55,521 nucleotides of DNA. Origin: Candidatus Thorarchaeota archaeon. GTDB lineage: Archaea > Asgardarchaeota > Thorarchaeia > Thorarchaeales > Thorarchaeaceae. The notes under the pieces were generated by a model. The model did not search any database. It worked only from the letters and a program-made list of their open reading frames with translations, and had not been told where the DNA came from. The stretch is taken from the NCBI GenBank assembly GCA_048882325.1, contig JBHLRS010000020.1, forward strand, positions 1-55,521, given 5' to 3'. Of the stretch, positions 18,487 to 28,197 are shown one piece after another; position 1 is the stretch's first letter; every line of letters begins with the position of its first letter. A program made the position numbers and the translations under genes.

Positions 18487-20505
18487 CTATTTGTCAATCC
18501 ATCCCTCGAATTTCCTCTGAAGTGTCTTGGTGTAGACCTTTCTCCAGTCATATTCTACTCTGTTGCACCATTTGTATACAACTTTTGGATGGATGTACGA
18601 CTTAAGTGAGGTACCTAGATTCCATATGCGACTGTCCTTTGCCAAGGCAAAGTCAAGCTCAATCTTCCTCTTGGCAAGCTCAGTCTTCCTTACACGCTCC
18701 TTTGCTGTGACAACACTTCTCTCAGCTGTGGCCGACCGTTTCGCGGACTTCTCTCTCCATTCAGCAAGTGCCTTCTGCTGCTTCTCCAAGGATGTTTTGC
18801 TCTTCTGATGACGTTCACGAGCATTAGCAAGTCCAGCTTCTGCCTTGTCCAAACGGTCTCGAGTACGGTCTATTCGTTCCTGAGCGTCTTCCAACCGCTG
18901 TTTCTTTGTGGTCTTCCCCTTGCGCTTGCTTGACCTAGTTCGACTCTTCTGTGCTCTGGCATTGTCCCAGGCAATCTTTGCCTTATCTCGCTTCTCGCGC
19001 CAAGACCGAACTGATGCCATGTTATTCTCAACTGAATTCTTTTGTTTGATTGTTCGAGCCTGCTTATCCTTACGTGCCTCATCTTCCTTTCTCTTGATCT
19101 TGCGAAAGCGTTGTTGCTTCTCTTGGAGTTGCTTCTTAGCTTTCTCAATCCGTATCTCAGCCTTCTTGATGCGTTCCTTGTATCTCTCAGCGCTACGACT
19201 CCATCCCTTAGGAGCCTGCTTGGTGTGATTCATCACACGGGCCACTTCAAGATTGGCACGTTTGAATGCCTCTTTTTTGATGAACTCGGGGTCAACCTTT
19301 CGCGCCTTGCTAGTCTTGAGTTCTTCCCGCATTGTCACAGATGCATAATAGGTTCGAAACACCTTTGCTGTTAGTTCAGGATATACCTCACTGAGAAATC
19401 GGTTAACATGAGTGCTTCTGATGGTTGGAAATATCTGAGAGATCTTCTTGGGGTCTCCACTTGTCTTCTTGCTCCTTCTGCTGTTGAAGGAGTCGAGTCG
19501 CTCAGATGCATTATCATAGAGTTCCTTCAATTCTGCATAAACCTCGTGGGGCATCTCTTGTTCCTTATGCCAATGGACACTATCTTTTCCTAGGAAATCG
19601 AATATTATGTACGGTTCATTGAAGTTCAGATGTTCAACCCTGAGAGTAGTTGCTCCCACAGTGTCCGCTTCCTCTGGATCCTTCTCGTCTCCGACTCTAA
19701 GACTGAGTTTGTCTATCAGATAACATGCCGCTGCAACCATTCTTCTCTGAGGTTTTTCTGACCTAAGACCCTCCATGATGTGTTCGCGAATATCATCGAT
19801 TCTGCGCTCAACTCTTAGTGCTTTATCGAATTTTGCAGCCTCTCGTTCCTGTTTGATGGGAGTGCTGTCATGAAGCCAGATGTATTTCACTTTGCCAGTG
19901 AGCTCATCCGTCCATTTTGCTATCCACATAGTATCAGGGGCCCACACAAGTTCGCCCCATTCTTCTTCATCATCCAGATTCTCTCTACCCTCAGAACTTA
20001 TGTTGAGAGTGATATCCTTCTTGGTAGCACCTTGTTTCCAACGCCCTCTGAGAGGATGTTCACCACGTCCCATGAAGATGCCTGACGGTTCTGTCTGATA
20101 GTTTCCAAGCTCCATCCTTTCTCCATCGACAATGGCATAACCATATTTCTCCCTTTGCTGCTCTCGAATCACCTTTCGTTCTTCACGAGCTGCCTTCTTC
20201 TCCTCAGAGGTCATGTTCTCTTTTATCGCTCGTTCTTCCTCTACGACTCTGATCACTTCACTAAAGTCGACCTCATCCCCTTGTAGAACTGGTTTGATTC
20301 CAAGGGCTTTGCTGAAGTCGGTCATAAAGTTTAGAGCGAAGACTGGGTCTTCAACGTAGGGAGTACCAAATTTCTTCACCCAAGCAACAGCCATCTCTTC
20401 CTGTAGCTGAGTGAGTGTAATCTGTCTGTCTCTAACCCTTATAGAGAGTCCACGTGGTTCGGGTGGTTCGATGACACGAATGCCATTGTGTATCAGTGAT
20501 TCCAT
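18487..20505 (-). CDS. DNA topoisomerase IB, eukaryote-like (large type)
   Basis: Catalytic motifs LRVG, FDFLGKDS, TAKVFRTY, NH, LGTSLKSY plus N-terminal HNG, EPSGIFMGRGEHPLRGRWK; start at ATG 20505. Confidence 0.95.
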   Translation of the reverse strand: MESLIHNGIRVIEPPEPRGLSIRVRDRQITLTQLQEEMAVAWVKKFGTPYVEDPVFALNFMTDFSKALGIKPVLQGDEVDFSEVIRVVEEERAIKENMTSEEKKAAREERKVIREQQREKYGYAIVDGERMELGNYQTEPSGIFMGRGEHPLRGRWKQGATKKDITLNISSEGRENLDDEEEWGELVWAPDTMWIAKWTDELTGKVKYIWLHDSTPIKQEREAAKFDKALRVERRIDDIREHIMEGLRSEKPQRRMVAAACYLIDKLSLRVGDEKDPEEADTVGATTLRVEHLNFNEPYIIFDFLGKDSVHWHKEQEMPHEVYAELKELYDNASERLDSFNSRRSKKTSGDPKKISQIFPTIRSTHVNRFLSEVYPELTAKVFRTYYASVTMREELKTSKARKVDPEFIKKEAFKRANLEVARVMNHTKQAPKGWSRSAERYKERIKKAEIRIEKAKKQLQEKQQRFRKIKRKEDEARKDKQARTIKQKNSVENNMASVRSWREKRDKAKIAWDNARAQKSRTRSSKRKGKTTKKQRLEDAQERIDRTRDRLDKAEAGLANARERHQKSKTSLEKQQKALAEWREKSAKRSATAERSVVTAKERVRKTELAKRKIELDFALAKDSRIWNLGTSLKSYIHPKVVYKWCNRVEYDWRKVYTKTLQRKFEGWIDK

Positions 20506-20587
20506 GTGGAAACCTCGTCGTCTGTCGTTCGGATGCAACTGGAGGTAACAAAAGGATTGCGCTATCGAACTGAGGAAAATGTGTAAA

Positions 20588-20664
20588 TGGTGCGGCCACC
20601 GGGATTCGAACCCGGGTCGCAGGCTTGGAAGGCCGGAATCATAACCAGACTAGACTATGGCCGC
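20588..20664 (-). tRNA. tRNA-Gly(TCC)
   Basis: Reverse complement GCGGCCA...GGC-CTTCCAA-GCC...CCGGGTTCGAATCCCGG-TGGCCGC-A-CCA. Confidence 0.95.
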
Positions 20665-20730
20665 ATTGAGGGCAAAGACCTCGTGGTCTTGATTTAAGGA
20701 TATTGTTCAGTATACTTCAGTATCAGTTAA

Positions 20731-21510
20731 ATGAGCGGACACAAAGCAGTTCTTGATATGCCCAGAGAGAAGATTCGGGAGGACTACATCGAAAGACTTG
20801 CGAGTTTCTGGCCCGAACCACGAGATCAGCTGCACTTCGGTGGTTGGCGTGCCACATACGAACTAGTGGAGAAGCTCAATCTCGATACTGCAAATCACAT
20901 CCTCGACATCTGTTGTGGCGAAGGGGGAACTGCATGCTGGCTAGCTAAGGAATATGGTCGCAGAGTAGCAGGTATTGACATTCTGAAGTCTGCGATAAAG
21001 GTCGCAAAGAAGTGTGCGAAGAAGAACAGAGTCACCGACCTGACTGACTTCAGAGTAGCTGATGTTTTTGACCTACCCTTTCATGAGAATGAGTTTGATG
21101 TCATCTATGGACTCGATCCAGATGGAATAGCTCACATGGACAGGTTGGACATCTTCAGGGAATGCAAAAGAGTACTAAAGAGTGGAGGTAAGTTAGGGTT
21201 CCAACACTGGTTAGTGCACAAAGGCACTCCACAAGAGGATATCGCTTATTTTGAGACTGTGACGATGGGTACTGGTTATCCATACATGAGAAGACTGACT
21301 GTTGACGAGTATGTGATGGATTTAGAGAACGCAGGCTTCAGGGATATCGTAGTTGAAGATCTTAGTGAGATGTATATGGCTCACACTCTCAAGATTAAAG
21401 ACAAAGTGGCTGAGATGAACAAGGATCTTGATGTGTGGCATGCAATGCTCCTAGAGCTCTACGACAAGGGAGTCCGAATTGGCGCAAGAATCATTGCTGA
21501 AACAGACTGA
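20731..21510 (+). CDS. class I SAM-dependent methyltransferase
   Basis: ILDICCGEG, AGIDI, ADVFDLPF, RVLKSGG. Confidence 0.9.
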   Translation: MSGHKAVLDMPREKIREDYIERLASFWPEPRDQLHFGGWRATYELVEKLNLDTANHILDICCGEGGTACWLAKEYGRRVAGIDILKSAIKVAKKCAKKNRVTDLTDFRVADVFDLPFHENEFDVIYGLDPDGIAHMDRLDIFRECKRVLKSGGKLGFQHWLVHKGTPQEDIAYFETVTMGTGYPYMRRLTVDEYVMDLENAGFRDIVVEDLSEMYMAHTLKIKDKVAEMNKDLDVWHAMLLELYDKGVRIGARIIAETD

Positions 21511-21521
21511 GGTGCCCAAGA

Positions 21522-22853
21522 ATGACCGATGCAAAACGACTCTATTACTATCTGACTGGTGTTTTCAATACTGGACATGTCTTTGACTTTGAAACAATAG
21601 AACAGCAAAATAGGATCTGTCAGATGCTGTACGACTTTCTTGCAGAGAACTCAAAGGGACTGACTTGGAATTTTGAAGGGGCCAGCACTGTAATTGCAGG
21701 AGCAGTTGATAACTATTCTCCACCCAAGGTCAGTAGTTTTCTAAGTATAGACCCTACCAATCTGATTGATGATATAACGGTTTCAATACCGATTGGAGAA
21801 TCAGAAACAGTCAAGCTCACGTTTGAGCAGATAAGAATTCACTTCTTCCTCTTCAATTGTGGACTCCTGCAATGCGTTGTTAAAGTACCAGAAGAATATT
21901 GGAAGAATTTAGAGGTCCTCTCGCGCATTCGGTTCTTCTTGCAAAGACATAGAAATCCTGAATTTGAAACCGACATTGAGGAATTGTTTTCACCGGCTAT
22001 TAAGAGAGTGACTGCGGAGTTTGAAAGGGCTGTTGAGGTTGTAAAGCCCCCTCTGCTATCAACTCCGTTCCTTGATTTTGTTGATGTGGGAGAGCAGCTT
22101 GGAACATCAATTCTTTGGACTCACGCTACCTTGGTAGCAATTATGAAGGAGGAATACGACCCCGAGTCTCAACACTATCAGAAGACACTACTAGACACCA
22201 GTTCGGGAGGCATTCAGAATTTCGCAGTGAGATCAAACATTTTCGCCTTTGTCGAATCAGGTGACTCATTGATTTGCGTCCCTGACAAGACGGATGATAG
22301 AGGCAGGACTCCTGATGAGATAGCCTACGAGGACTGGGTCTACTGGTTGAGTATCTCGCAGTACATCTGGAAGACAGCTTATGATCTTGACAACGGTCTC
22401 TATGTGATCCTCAATCTTGTCACGTCACATCTCAAACACAAGAGAACGAAAATGTATCGAGATGTATATGCTGTAAACGCGCTGGTTAACAGTATCACAC
22501 TCCTGCTAGACACCTACAAACCAAGGAACATGACCGGGACATACTACTGCATGGCGTTCCTAGAGAAGATTAACGAAAACTGGCGAACAGATGAGATGAT
22601 TGAGGCGTCCTATGAGAAAATGAACTCCCTTCGAGAGCTAATTGGACAGTTGGATGAGATTGAAACATCGAGGAGAGAGCACAGAATTGAGATGTTTCTT
22701 ACATTTTTGGGTGTGTTTGCGCTTGGGAGTCTAGTTCTAGACATCATCGGGGCATTGTCGTTCGGTCCACTTATACCAGATATGACCATCCTTCTGCTAG
22801 CATTCGGAATCCCGATAATCTTCCTAGTAATAGCATATCAGTTACTCAAGTAG
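21522..22853 (+). CDS. hypothetical protein with two C-terminal TM helices (CorA-like architecture)
   Basis: 443-aa ORF, coiled segment followed by two hydrophobic helices. Confidence 0.75.
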   Translation: MTDAKRLYYYLTGVFNTGHVFDFETIEQQNRICQMLYDFLAENSKGLTWNFEGASTVIAGAVDNYSPPKVSSFLSIDPTNLIDDITVSIPIGESETVKLTFEQIRIHFFLFNCGLLQCVVKVPEEYWKNLEVLSRIRFFLQRHRNPEFETDIEELFSPAIKRVTAEFERAVEVVKPPLLSTPFLDFVDVGEQLGTSILWTHATLVAIMKEEYDPESQHYQKTLLDTSSGGIQNFAVRSNIFAFVESGDSLICVPDKTDDRGRTPDEIAYEDWVYWLSISQYIWKTAYDLDNGLYVILNLVTSHLKHKRTKMYRDVYAVNALVNSITLLLDTYKPRNMTGTYYCMAFLEKINENWRTDEMIEASYEKMNSLRELIGQLDEIETSRREHRIEMFLTFLGVFALGSLVLDIIGALSFGPLIPDMTILLLAFGIPIIFLVIAYQLLK

Positions 22854-23562
22854 TAGAGTAGCGGATCTTGGCAACATCAGTACGGAAAGAATAAGCCCAA
22901 AGAATTTCTGCACATACATGCCAAGCCATCATGACCTCTCGATCTAATTCGACTTGGGTGTCAAAAAGGGATACGATCTCCTCTGACAGGTCGCCATGAG
23001 GAAAAGCTCCAACACCGACTATCACTGGACTCCCCGGGTCTTGCGACAGGATGTCTACGAGTGCAGTACTTGTTGTCTGTGTTCCTCCCTCAATTGCCAG
23101 GAGAGTCAATGAGTACTCAGACATGGCTTTCAGTCTAGATATTATATCTTCTAGAGTTTCCTTAGCGATATGGAGTAGAGTGTTTCCTTGTGGGGGAACT
23201 CTCTCCTTGAGAAGTAGTTGTTCAATCAACCCCACAAAGCGGTCATAGTTCCGCGGGAGTCTAACGTCTGAACGGACCTCCACGATTCTTCCATCTTGAA
23301 GATGTAGATATACACCGAGAAGACCTTCCTTGCAGAGAGGTGTTTCTAGAATTGACATCAGACTGAGATAAGTTATATCAGGCCGACCTCGGCGTTCACC
23401 ATCAGCTAGTTTTGTCATAGATTGACCATGATGCGTCTGATCGAGCAATATCTCGGATGGCTTTTTCCCACGACGGGATGCATACTTCTGAATCTGCTTC
23501 AAACTGGATATCTCTCTGGGTATCAATTCAAGTGCACAGTCTAGGAGGATTATGTGTAGCAT
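22846..23562 (-). CDS. nep1: 16S rRNA pseudouridine N1-methyltransferase Nep1/EMG1
   Basis: RGRPDI, RLPRNYDRFVGLIEQLL, GAFPHG. Confidence 0.92.
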   Translation of the reverse strand: MLHIILLDCALELIPREISSLKQIQKYASRRGKKPSEILLDQTHHGQSMTKLADGERRGRPDITYLSLMSILETPLCKEGLLGVYLHLQDGRIVEVRSDVRLPRNYDRFVGLIEQLLLKERVPPQGNTLLHIAKETLEDIISRLKAMSEYSLTLLAIEGGTQTTSTALVDILSQDPGSPVIVGVGAFPHGDLSEEIVSLFDTQVELDREVMMAWHVCAEILWAYSFRTDVAKIRYSTT

Positions 23563-23641
23563 TGGAGGTCGCCAATCGAACAGTCTATCACGAACGATTT
23601 AAGCAGTTTGACCAACCAATAGGATTGACAGAGGTCTGTTT

Positions 23642-23965
23642 ATGACTAGGAGAATTCGCCTTCGGGGACGAGCAAAGGCAAAGCGTCTTACTGAGGCGAG
23701 GTTAGACATTCTCTGGGAACAGGCAAAAAGAAACTTTGAAGCAGGAAGACCGGAGCTAGCCAGACAGAACATGCTAAGCGCAAGAAGGATAGCGCAGAGG
23801 ACGAGAACTCAGATTCCACGGCATATCAATAGAGGGATCTGCAAGGTATGTGGGACCATCCTAGTCCCTGGTGATACATGTAGAGTAAGAGTCCGACACA
23901 ACAGGGCGAAACATGTTGTTGTCACCTGTTTCAGCTGTGGATCGATGAAGAGATACCACCTGTGA
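23642..23965 (+). CDS. rnp4: ribonuclease P protein component 4 (Rpp21)
   Basis: ICKVC..LVPG..CRVR...VTCFSCG..KRY. Confidence 0.92.
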   Translation: MTRRIRLRGRAKAKRLTEARLDILWEQAKRNFEAGRPELARQNMLSARRIAQRTRTQIPRHINRGICKVCGTILVPGDTCRVRVRHNRAKHVVVTCFSCGSMKRYHL

Positions 23966-24024
23966 AGGATGAGGGGCACAGGCATAGGTTAATCTGTATT
24001 TCCACAGCAGCAGAACCGATTCAC

Positions 24025-24303
24025 ATGGTAGGACCAGACCCGATTAGGATTAAGATCACCTGGCAGGAACCAGCGATGATGCAGGTTGGAAAAGCAGGTG
24101 TGTCTGATAGCGTTGTTGAAGAGGCTAAAAGGCTCTTGAAAAGACATCAGTACATTAAGGTCCGCATGTTGCGTAGTGCGATTGGAGAGTTGAGCAAATC
24201 GGAGATTGTAGGGATATTGTGCGAGAAGACTGGTGCTAGATTAGCTGGTGTTCGAGGGAATACAGCTGTGATTTACAAGACCAGAGGCTCCAGAAGCGAT
24301 TGA
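24025..24303 (+). CDS. YhbY/CRM RNA-binding protein
   Basis: QVGKAGV, IKVRML, RGNTAVIYK; conserved position between rpp21 and rps19e. Confidence 0.85.
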   Translation: MVGPDPIRIKITWQEPAMMQVGKAGVSDSVVEEAKRLLKRHQYIKVRMLRSAIGELSKSEIVGILCEKTGARLAGVRGNTAVIYKTRGSRSD

Positions 24304-24435
24304 TTAGCCAGATTTGCTGAAACACAACGACAATCTTTTAAGCGGACTCTAGACGGTGGGTCCAGCCTTTTGAGGTAGGTCATCCGCCGAACTTGGTTGA
24401 GGTGACTTGTTCTCAATGAGATTGGTGACAGACAA

Positions 24436-24888
24436 ATGCCCACAGTCTATGATATTCCTGCAAATATCCTCATACGACGGCTCGCTCAGGACCTCAAGTC
24501 TAGAGAGGAGATAGCTGTTCCAGACTGGATGCCGTTCGTGAAGACTGGTGCCCATAAGGAGAGGGCTCCTGATGACTCAGATTTCTGGTATGTCAGATGT
24601 GCAAGCATTCTCCGCAAGGTGTACCTAAACGGACCAATCGGGACTGAGAAGCTAAGGATCGCATATGGAGGAAGGAAGAGACGAGGGGCAAAGCCAAACA
24701 AGTTCCAGAAAGGTAGTGGAGCCATTGTAAGGACTGCACTCCAACAGCTCGAACGAGCTGGTTTCATAAAGAAGGAAGGAAAAAAGGGTCGATTAATGAC
24801 TGACATTGGAAGATCCTACATGGACAAACTGTCATCTGCTCTCAAGAAGGAACTCTCACAGGCTATCCCAGAACTGGAGAAATACTAA
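24436..24888 (+). CDS. rps19e: 30S ribosomal protein S19e
   Basis: VKTGAHKERAP, WYVRCASILRKVY, GSGAIVRTALQQLE. Confidence 0.97.
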   Translation: MPTVYDIPANILIRRLAQDLKSREEIAVPDWMPFVKTGAHKERAPDDSDFWYVRCASILRKVYLNGPIGTEKLRIAYGGRKRRGAKPNKFQKGSGAIVRTALQQLERAGFIKKEGKKGRLMTDIGRSYMDKLSSALKKELSQAIPELEKY

Positions 24889-24906
24889 GTCGGGTGGCAA
24901 GTCAGA

Positions 24907-25236
24907 ATGAGTGATGATGAACTCGAAGCAATACGCCAAAGGAAAGAGGCGGAACTTCGAGAGCATACACTCAGAGAGCAGGCCGCTGAGCAGAGGGCGG
25001 TTGAAGCTCAGGCTCAGAAAGAAGCTATACTCAGACAGATCCTGACTCCTGAGGCACGGGCCCGGTTAACCAACGTTCGGATGGTCAAGCCTCAGTTCGC
25101 GGAGCAGATAGAGCTACAACTCATTCAACTTGCAAGCACCGGTCGGCTTAGAGGTCGAGTGACTGACGAGCAATTGAAAGGACTCCTACAACAGCTCCAG
25201 GGAAAGGAACGAGAACGTAAAATATCATTCAGATGA
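24907..25236 (+). CDS. PDCD5-like DNA-binding protein
   Basis: [22 protein letters not shown]; conserved gene context. Confidence 0.92.
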   Translation: MSDDELEAIRQRKEAELREHTLREQAAEQRAVEAQAQKEAILRQILTPEARARLTNVRMVKPQFAEQIELQLIQLASTGRLRGRVTDEQLKGLLQQLQGKERERKISFR

Positions 25237-25258
25237 ATGGCTGCTAAAGGTGATCAAA

Positions 25259-25414
25259 ATGGCACGTAACAAACCACTAGCAAAGAAGCTGAGGATGGCA
25301 AAAGCTATGAGAAGTAACTCCTCAGTACCCACATGGGTCATTGTCAAGACCGGCGGTAAGTTGAGAAGGACACCTTCGCAGCGAAACTGGCGTCAGTCTA
25401 AGCTAAAACCATAG
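25259..25414 (+). CDS. rpl39e: 50S ribosomal protein L39e (not in ORF track)
   Basis: Translates [31 protein letters not shown]...[10 protein letters not shown]. Confidence 0.95.
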   Translation: MARNKPLAKKLRMAKAMRSNSSVPTWVIVKTGGKLRRTPSQRNWRQSKLKP

Positions 25415-25428
25415 TCAGGTGGGAATGG

Positions 25429-25839
25429 ATGTCAAAGAAGAAGAAGAAGGAAGCAAAAGCTGAGGTCTCTGATGAGGAGCCTGAAATCGAAGAGATCGAG
25501 GAAGTTAAGGCAAAGGCACCCGCTGACGCTGAGAAAGTTGAGGCACCTCCTGAGGAAGAGGAGCCTGAAGAGGAAGAAGAAATCATCGATGAGCGAATCT
25601 ATACTGTGCCACTCAGAAAGGCATACTGGACTGGGAGTAGACTTCGTAGATCAAACAGAGCAGTTAGGATTCTTCGCGAGTTTGTGGAAAGGCACATGAA
25701 GCCCGAAGAGCTTCATATCCAACCTGAGGTCAATGAGAGAATCTGGGCAAGAGGTATTCAAAAACCTCCACGACGAGTTCGAATTCGAGCGACCAAGAAT
25801 TCAGACAATCTTGTGCGCGTCTATCTTGCGGAGGGATAG
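25429..25839 (+). CDS. rpl31e: 50S ribosomal protein L31e with acidic N-terminal extension
   Basis: ERIYTVPLR, RAVRILREFVERHMK, VNERIWARGIQKPP. Confidence 0.95.
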   Translation: MSKKKKKEAKAEVSDEEPEIEEIEEVKAKAPADAEKVEAPPEEEEPEEEEEIIDERIYTVPLRKAYWTGSRLRRSNRAVRILREFVERHMKPEELHIQPEVNERIWARGIQKPPRRVRIRATKNSDNLVRVYLAEG

Positions 25840-25845
25840 TCCAGA

Positions 25846-26511
25846 TTGATCGCCCGAACAGACTTTGAGGGCGATTCGAATGTTGGAGCCTATGGAATCG
25901 CCACAGACCGTTTTGTGTTTGTCAGCTCTAACATGTCTGAGAAGGGATTGGATTCAATTGAGAAGACATTCAATCTCCCATTAGTTCAGACAACAATAGC
26001 GACGCTGGATGCTGTGGGGCTTGTGTCTGTAGCAACATCAAACGGTATTCTTGTGCCATACACAACAACAGATGAGGAGCTGGCACAGCTTAAGAGCGCT
26101 TCAGAGATTCCAGTAGATTGGTTAGATGACAAGATGACAGCACTCGGTAACATCATTATTGCCAATGACAATGGTGCAATGTGCCATCCAGACTTTGACT
26201 TCAAAGCTAGACAAAAAATCTCAGACACTTTAGGAGTTGAGGTCGTAGCTGGAAGTCTTGCGAAACTACCGATTGTTGGCGCAAACGCAATAGCGACAAA
26301 CCAGGGAGCAATCGTGCACCCACTAGCAACAAGTGGTGAGATTGAACTCCTAACACAGCTGTTAAAAGTACACGTAGAAGTCGGAACAGTGAACAGAGGA
26401 AGTCCATACACAAGTCTGGGTGTACTGGCAAACGCTGACGGTATGATTGCAGGAACTGACACTACAGGTGTTGAACTGGCACACATCAGTCAGGTCTTGG
26501 GATTTGTATAA
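25846..26511 (+). CDS. eif6: translation initiation factor 6 (aIF6)
   Basis: ALGNIIIAND.GA, GTVNRGS, DTTGVEL. Confidence 0.95.
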   Translation: MIARTDFEGDSNVGAYGIATDRFVFVSSNMSEKGLDSIEKTFNLPLVQTTIATLDAVGLVSVATSNGILVPYTTTDEELAQLKSASEIPVDWLDDKMTALGNIIIANDNGAMCHPDFDFKARQKISDTLGVEVVAGSLAKLPIVGANAIATNQGAIVHPLATSGEIELLTQLLKVHVEVGTVNRGSPYTSLGVLANADGMIAGTDTTGVELAHISQVLGFV

Positions 26512-26526
26512 TGAGGTGTAACTTAG

Positions 26527-26769
26527 ATGAGTAAGATTTGGCGTGCAACAGGCGTCTATAGAAAGGGCAAGAGAACGTTCAACTTCAGTAGAGAGCTAAT
26601 GGCAGACAAAGACTCTCACGTGAGAGAGAAGATACTCTCAGAGTTGGGTAGTCGCCATAGGGTGAAACGTAAGGTAATTGACATCACTGAGGTTATAGAA
26701 CTCAAGCCTGAAGAAGTCACCAACTTGGAGTTAAGAAAGATACTAGGATTGGAGACCGATTTTACATGA
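26527..26769 (+). CDS. rpl18a: 50S ribosomal protein L18Ae/LX (eL20)
   Basis: EKILSELGSRHRVKR; conserved position. Confidence 0.92.
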   Translation: MSKIWRATGVYRKGKRTFNFSRELMADKDSHVREKILSELGSRHRVKRKVIDITEVIELKPEEVTNLELRKILGLETDFT

Positions 26770-27215
26770 CAGAAGATCCACAAGCTCTGCTTGGAAGAAT
26801 TTACAATGAGCAGCAGATAACTGAATCGAATCTCACCATTCTGCAACAACGTATGGAAGTACTCCAAGTGTATAGGACAAACTATAGTGCGGGTCTTGCA
26901 GTGCTTGAAGAGCTCGAAAAGCGAAAAGAAGGTGAGCAGATGCTCATGAATGTGGGGGGCAGCATCTTCGTTGATGCGAGGCTTATGAATCCTAGCAAGG
27001 TCATCCGTGGGATAGGGAATGGTGTGCGAATAGAACAGAGTGTGGCTGATGCTAAGGAAGCAGTTATTGAGGCTCTAACCAGCTTGCAGAAGCAATACGA
27101 TACACTCACCCAAGAATATGAGAAACTTCTCGTTCATGCGTCCAACCTCAATTCTCAATTTCAACAGCTTGCAGCACAGATTCAAAGTGCGAAAATCCCC
27201 AGCCAGGAGGAGTAA
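26766..27215 (+). CDS. pfdA: prefoldin subunit alpha
   Basis: Coiled coils flanking beta hairpins LMNVGGSIFV / VIRGIGNGVRIE. Confidence 0.9.
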   Translation: MTEDPQALLGRIYNEQQITESNLTILQQRMEVLQVYRTNYSAGLAVLEELEKRKEGEQMLMNVGGSIFVDARLMNPSKVIRGIGNGVRIEQSVADAKEAVIEALTSLQKQYDTLTQEYEKLLVHASNLNSQFQQLAAQIQSAKIPSQEE

Positions 27216-27219
27216 CTGA

Positions 27220-28131
27220 TTGTTTGAGAAGCTCAGGGGAGCACTCGATACTGCTATCACAAAAGCCACAACTAAAGAGCTAAATGAAAAGAATCTCAAA
27301 GATGCGGTCTGGGAGCTCCAGATGGTTCTCATTCAGAACGATGTAGCTGTTGAGGTTGCAGAACACATCTGTGAACTCACGAGGGAAAGGATACTTGGAA
27401 CCAGGGCTGGGAGACTCGAAAACCTCAGTCGCCTCTTCAAGTCAGCGATACACGAGTCCATCCTTGAAGTTCTCACTCCTGAACATCCACTCGATCCAAT
27501 TGAATTTGCGAGAGTCCAGAAGGAGAAAGGACTCCCGACCACCATTCTTTTTGTGGGGGTCAATGGTACAGGGAAAACCACTACTCTGGCTAAGCTTGCT
27601 AGCATCTTCAAAAAGAGTGGATTTACGATAGTAATTGCTGCAGGAGATACGTTTCGTGCAGGGAGTATAGAGCAGCTCGAGAAGCATGCGGAAAGGCTAG
27701 AGATTCGAGTGATTAAGCAGGACTATGGAGCAGATGCTGCAGCAATTGCATATGATGCAGTTTCACATGCCAAGGCCCGACATATTGATGTTGTTCTAAT
27801 TGACTCTGCTGGTAGGATGCAGAGTAACAAGAATCTTCTTGAGGAAATGAAGAAGATCGTTCGTGTAGCAGAGCCAGACCTGAAGATTTTCGTTGGGGAT
27901 GCTTTAGCTGGTAACGACGCGCTATCACAAGCAAAGGAGTTTCATAACGCAATAGGCATTGATGGAGCAATTCTTACAAAGGTTGATGCAGACCCATCTG
28001 GTGGCGCTGCCCTCTCCATAACTTTTGTCACCGGAAGACCTGTTGTCTATGTTGGAGTGGGTCAGAACTATGACGATCTCAAACGATTTGACCCAGATTG
28101 GTTCGCGAAGAGACTTATTGGTGACAATTAA
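27220..28131 (+). CDS. ftsY: signal recognition particle receptor FtsY
   Basis: GVNGTGKTTT, DTFRAG, DSAGR, TKVD, GQNYDDL. Confidence 0.97.
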   Translation: MFEKLRGALDTAITKATTKELNEKNLKDAVWELQMVLIQNDVAVEVAEHICELTRERILGTRAGRLENLSRLFKSAIHESILEVLTPEHPLDPIEFARVQKEKGLPTTILFVGVNGTGKTTTLAKLASIFKKSGFTIVIAAGDTFRAGSIEQLEKHAERLEIRVIKQDYGADAAAIAYDAVSHAKARHIDVVLIDSAGRMQSNKNLLEEMKKIVRVAEPDLKIFVGDALAGNDALSQAKEFHNAIGIDGAILTKVDADPSGGAALSITFVTGRPVVYVGVGQNYDDLKRFDPDWFAKRLIGDN

Positions 28132-28197
28132 GCAAGTGGACAGTTTTTTATACAACTCCCTTATGATGGCGCGATAGAAAGCCCTGAGGTGTAACTA

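Noticed and set aside
18487-20505. Topo IB as the cassette recombinase (shares fold with tyrosine recombinases; lies next to a tRNA)
   Set aside because: It has the full architecture of a cellular Topo IB, no flanking att repeat, and no evidence links it to the arrays.
24340-24435. GC-rich possible leader structure upstream of rps19e
   Set aside because: Only weak, interrupted stems could be drawn by eye, which is insufficient support.
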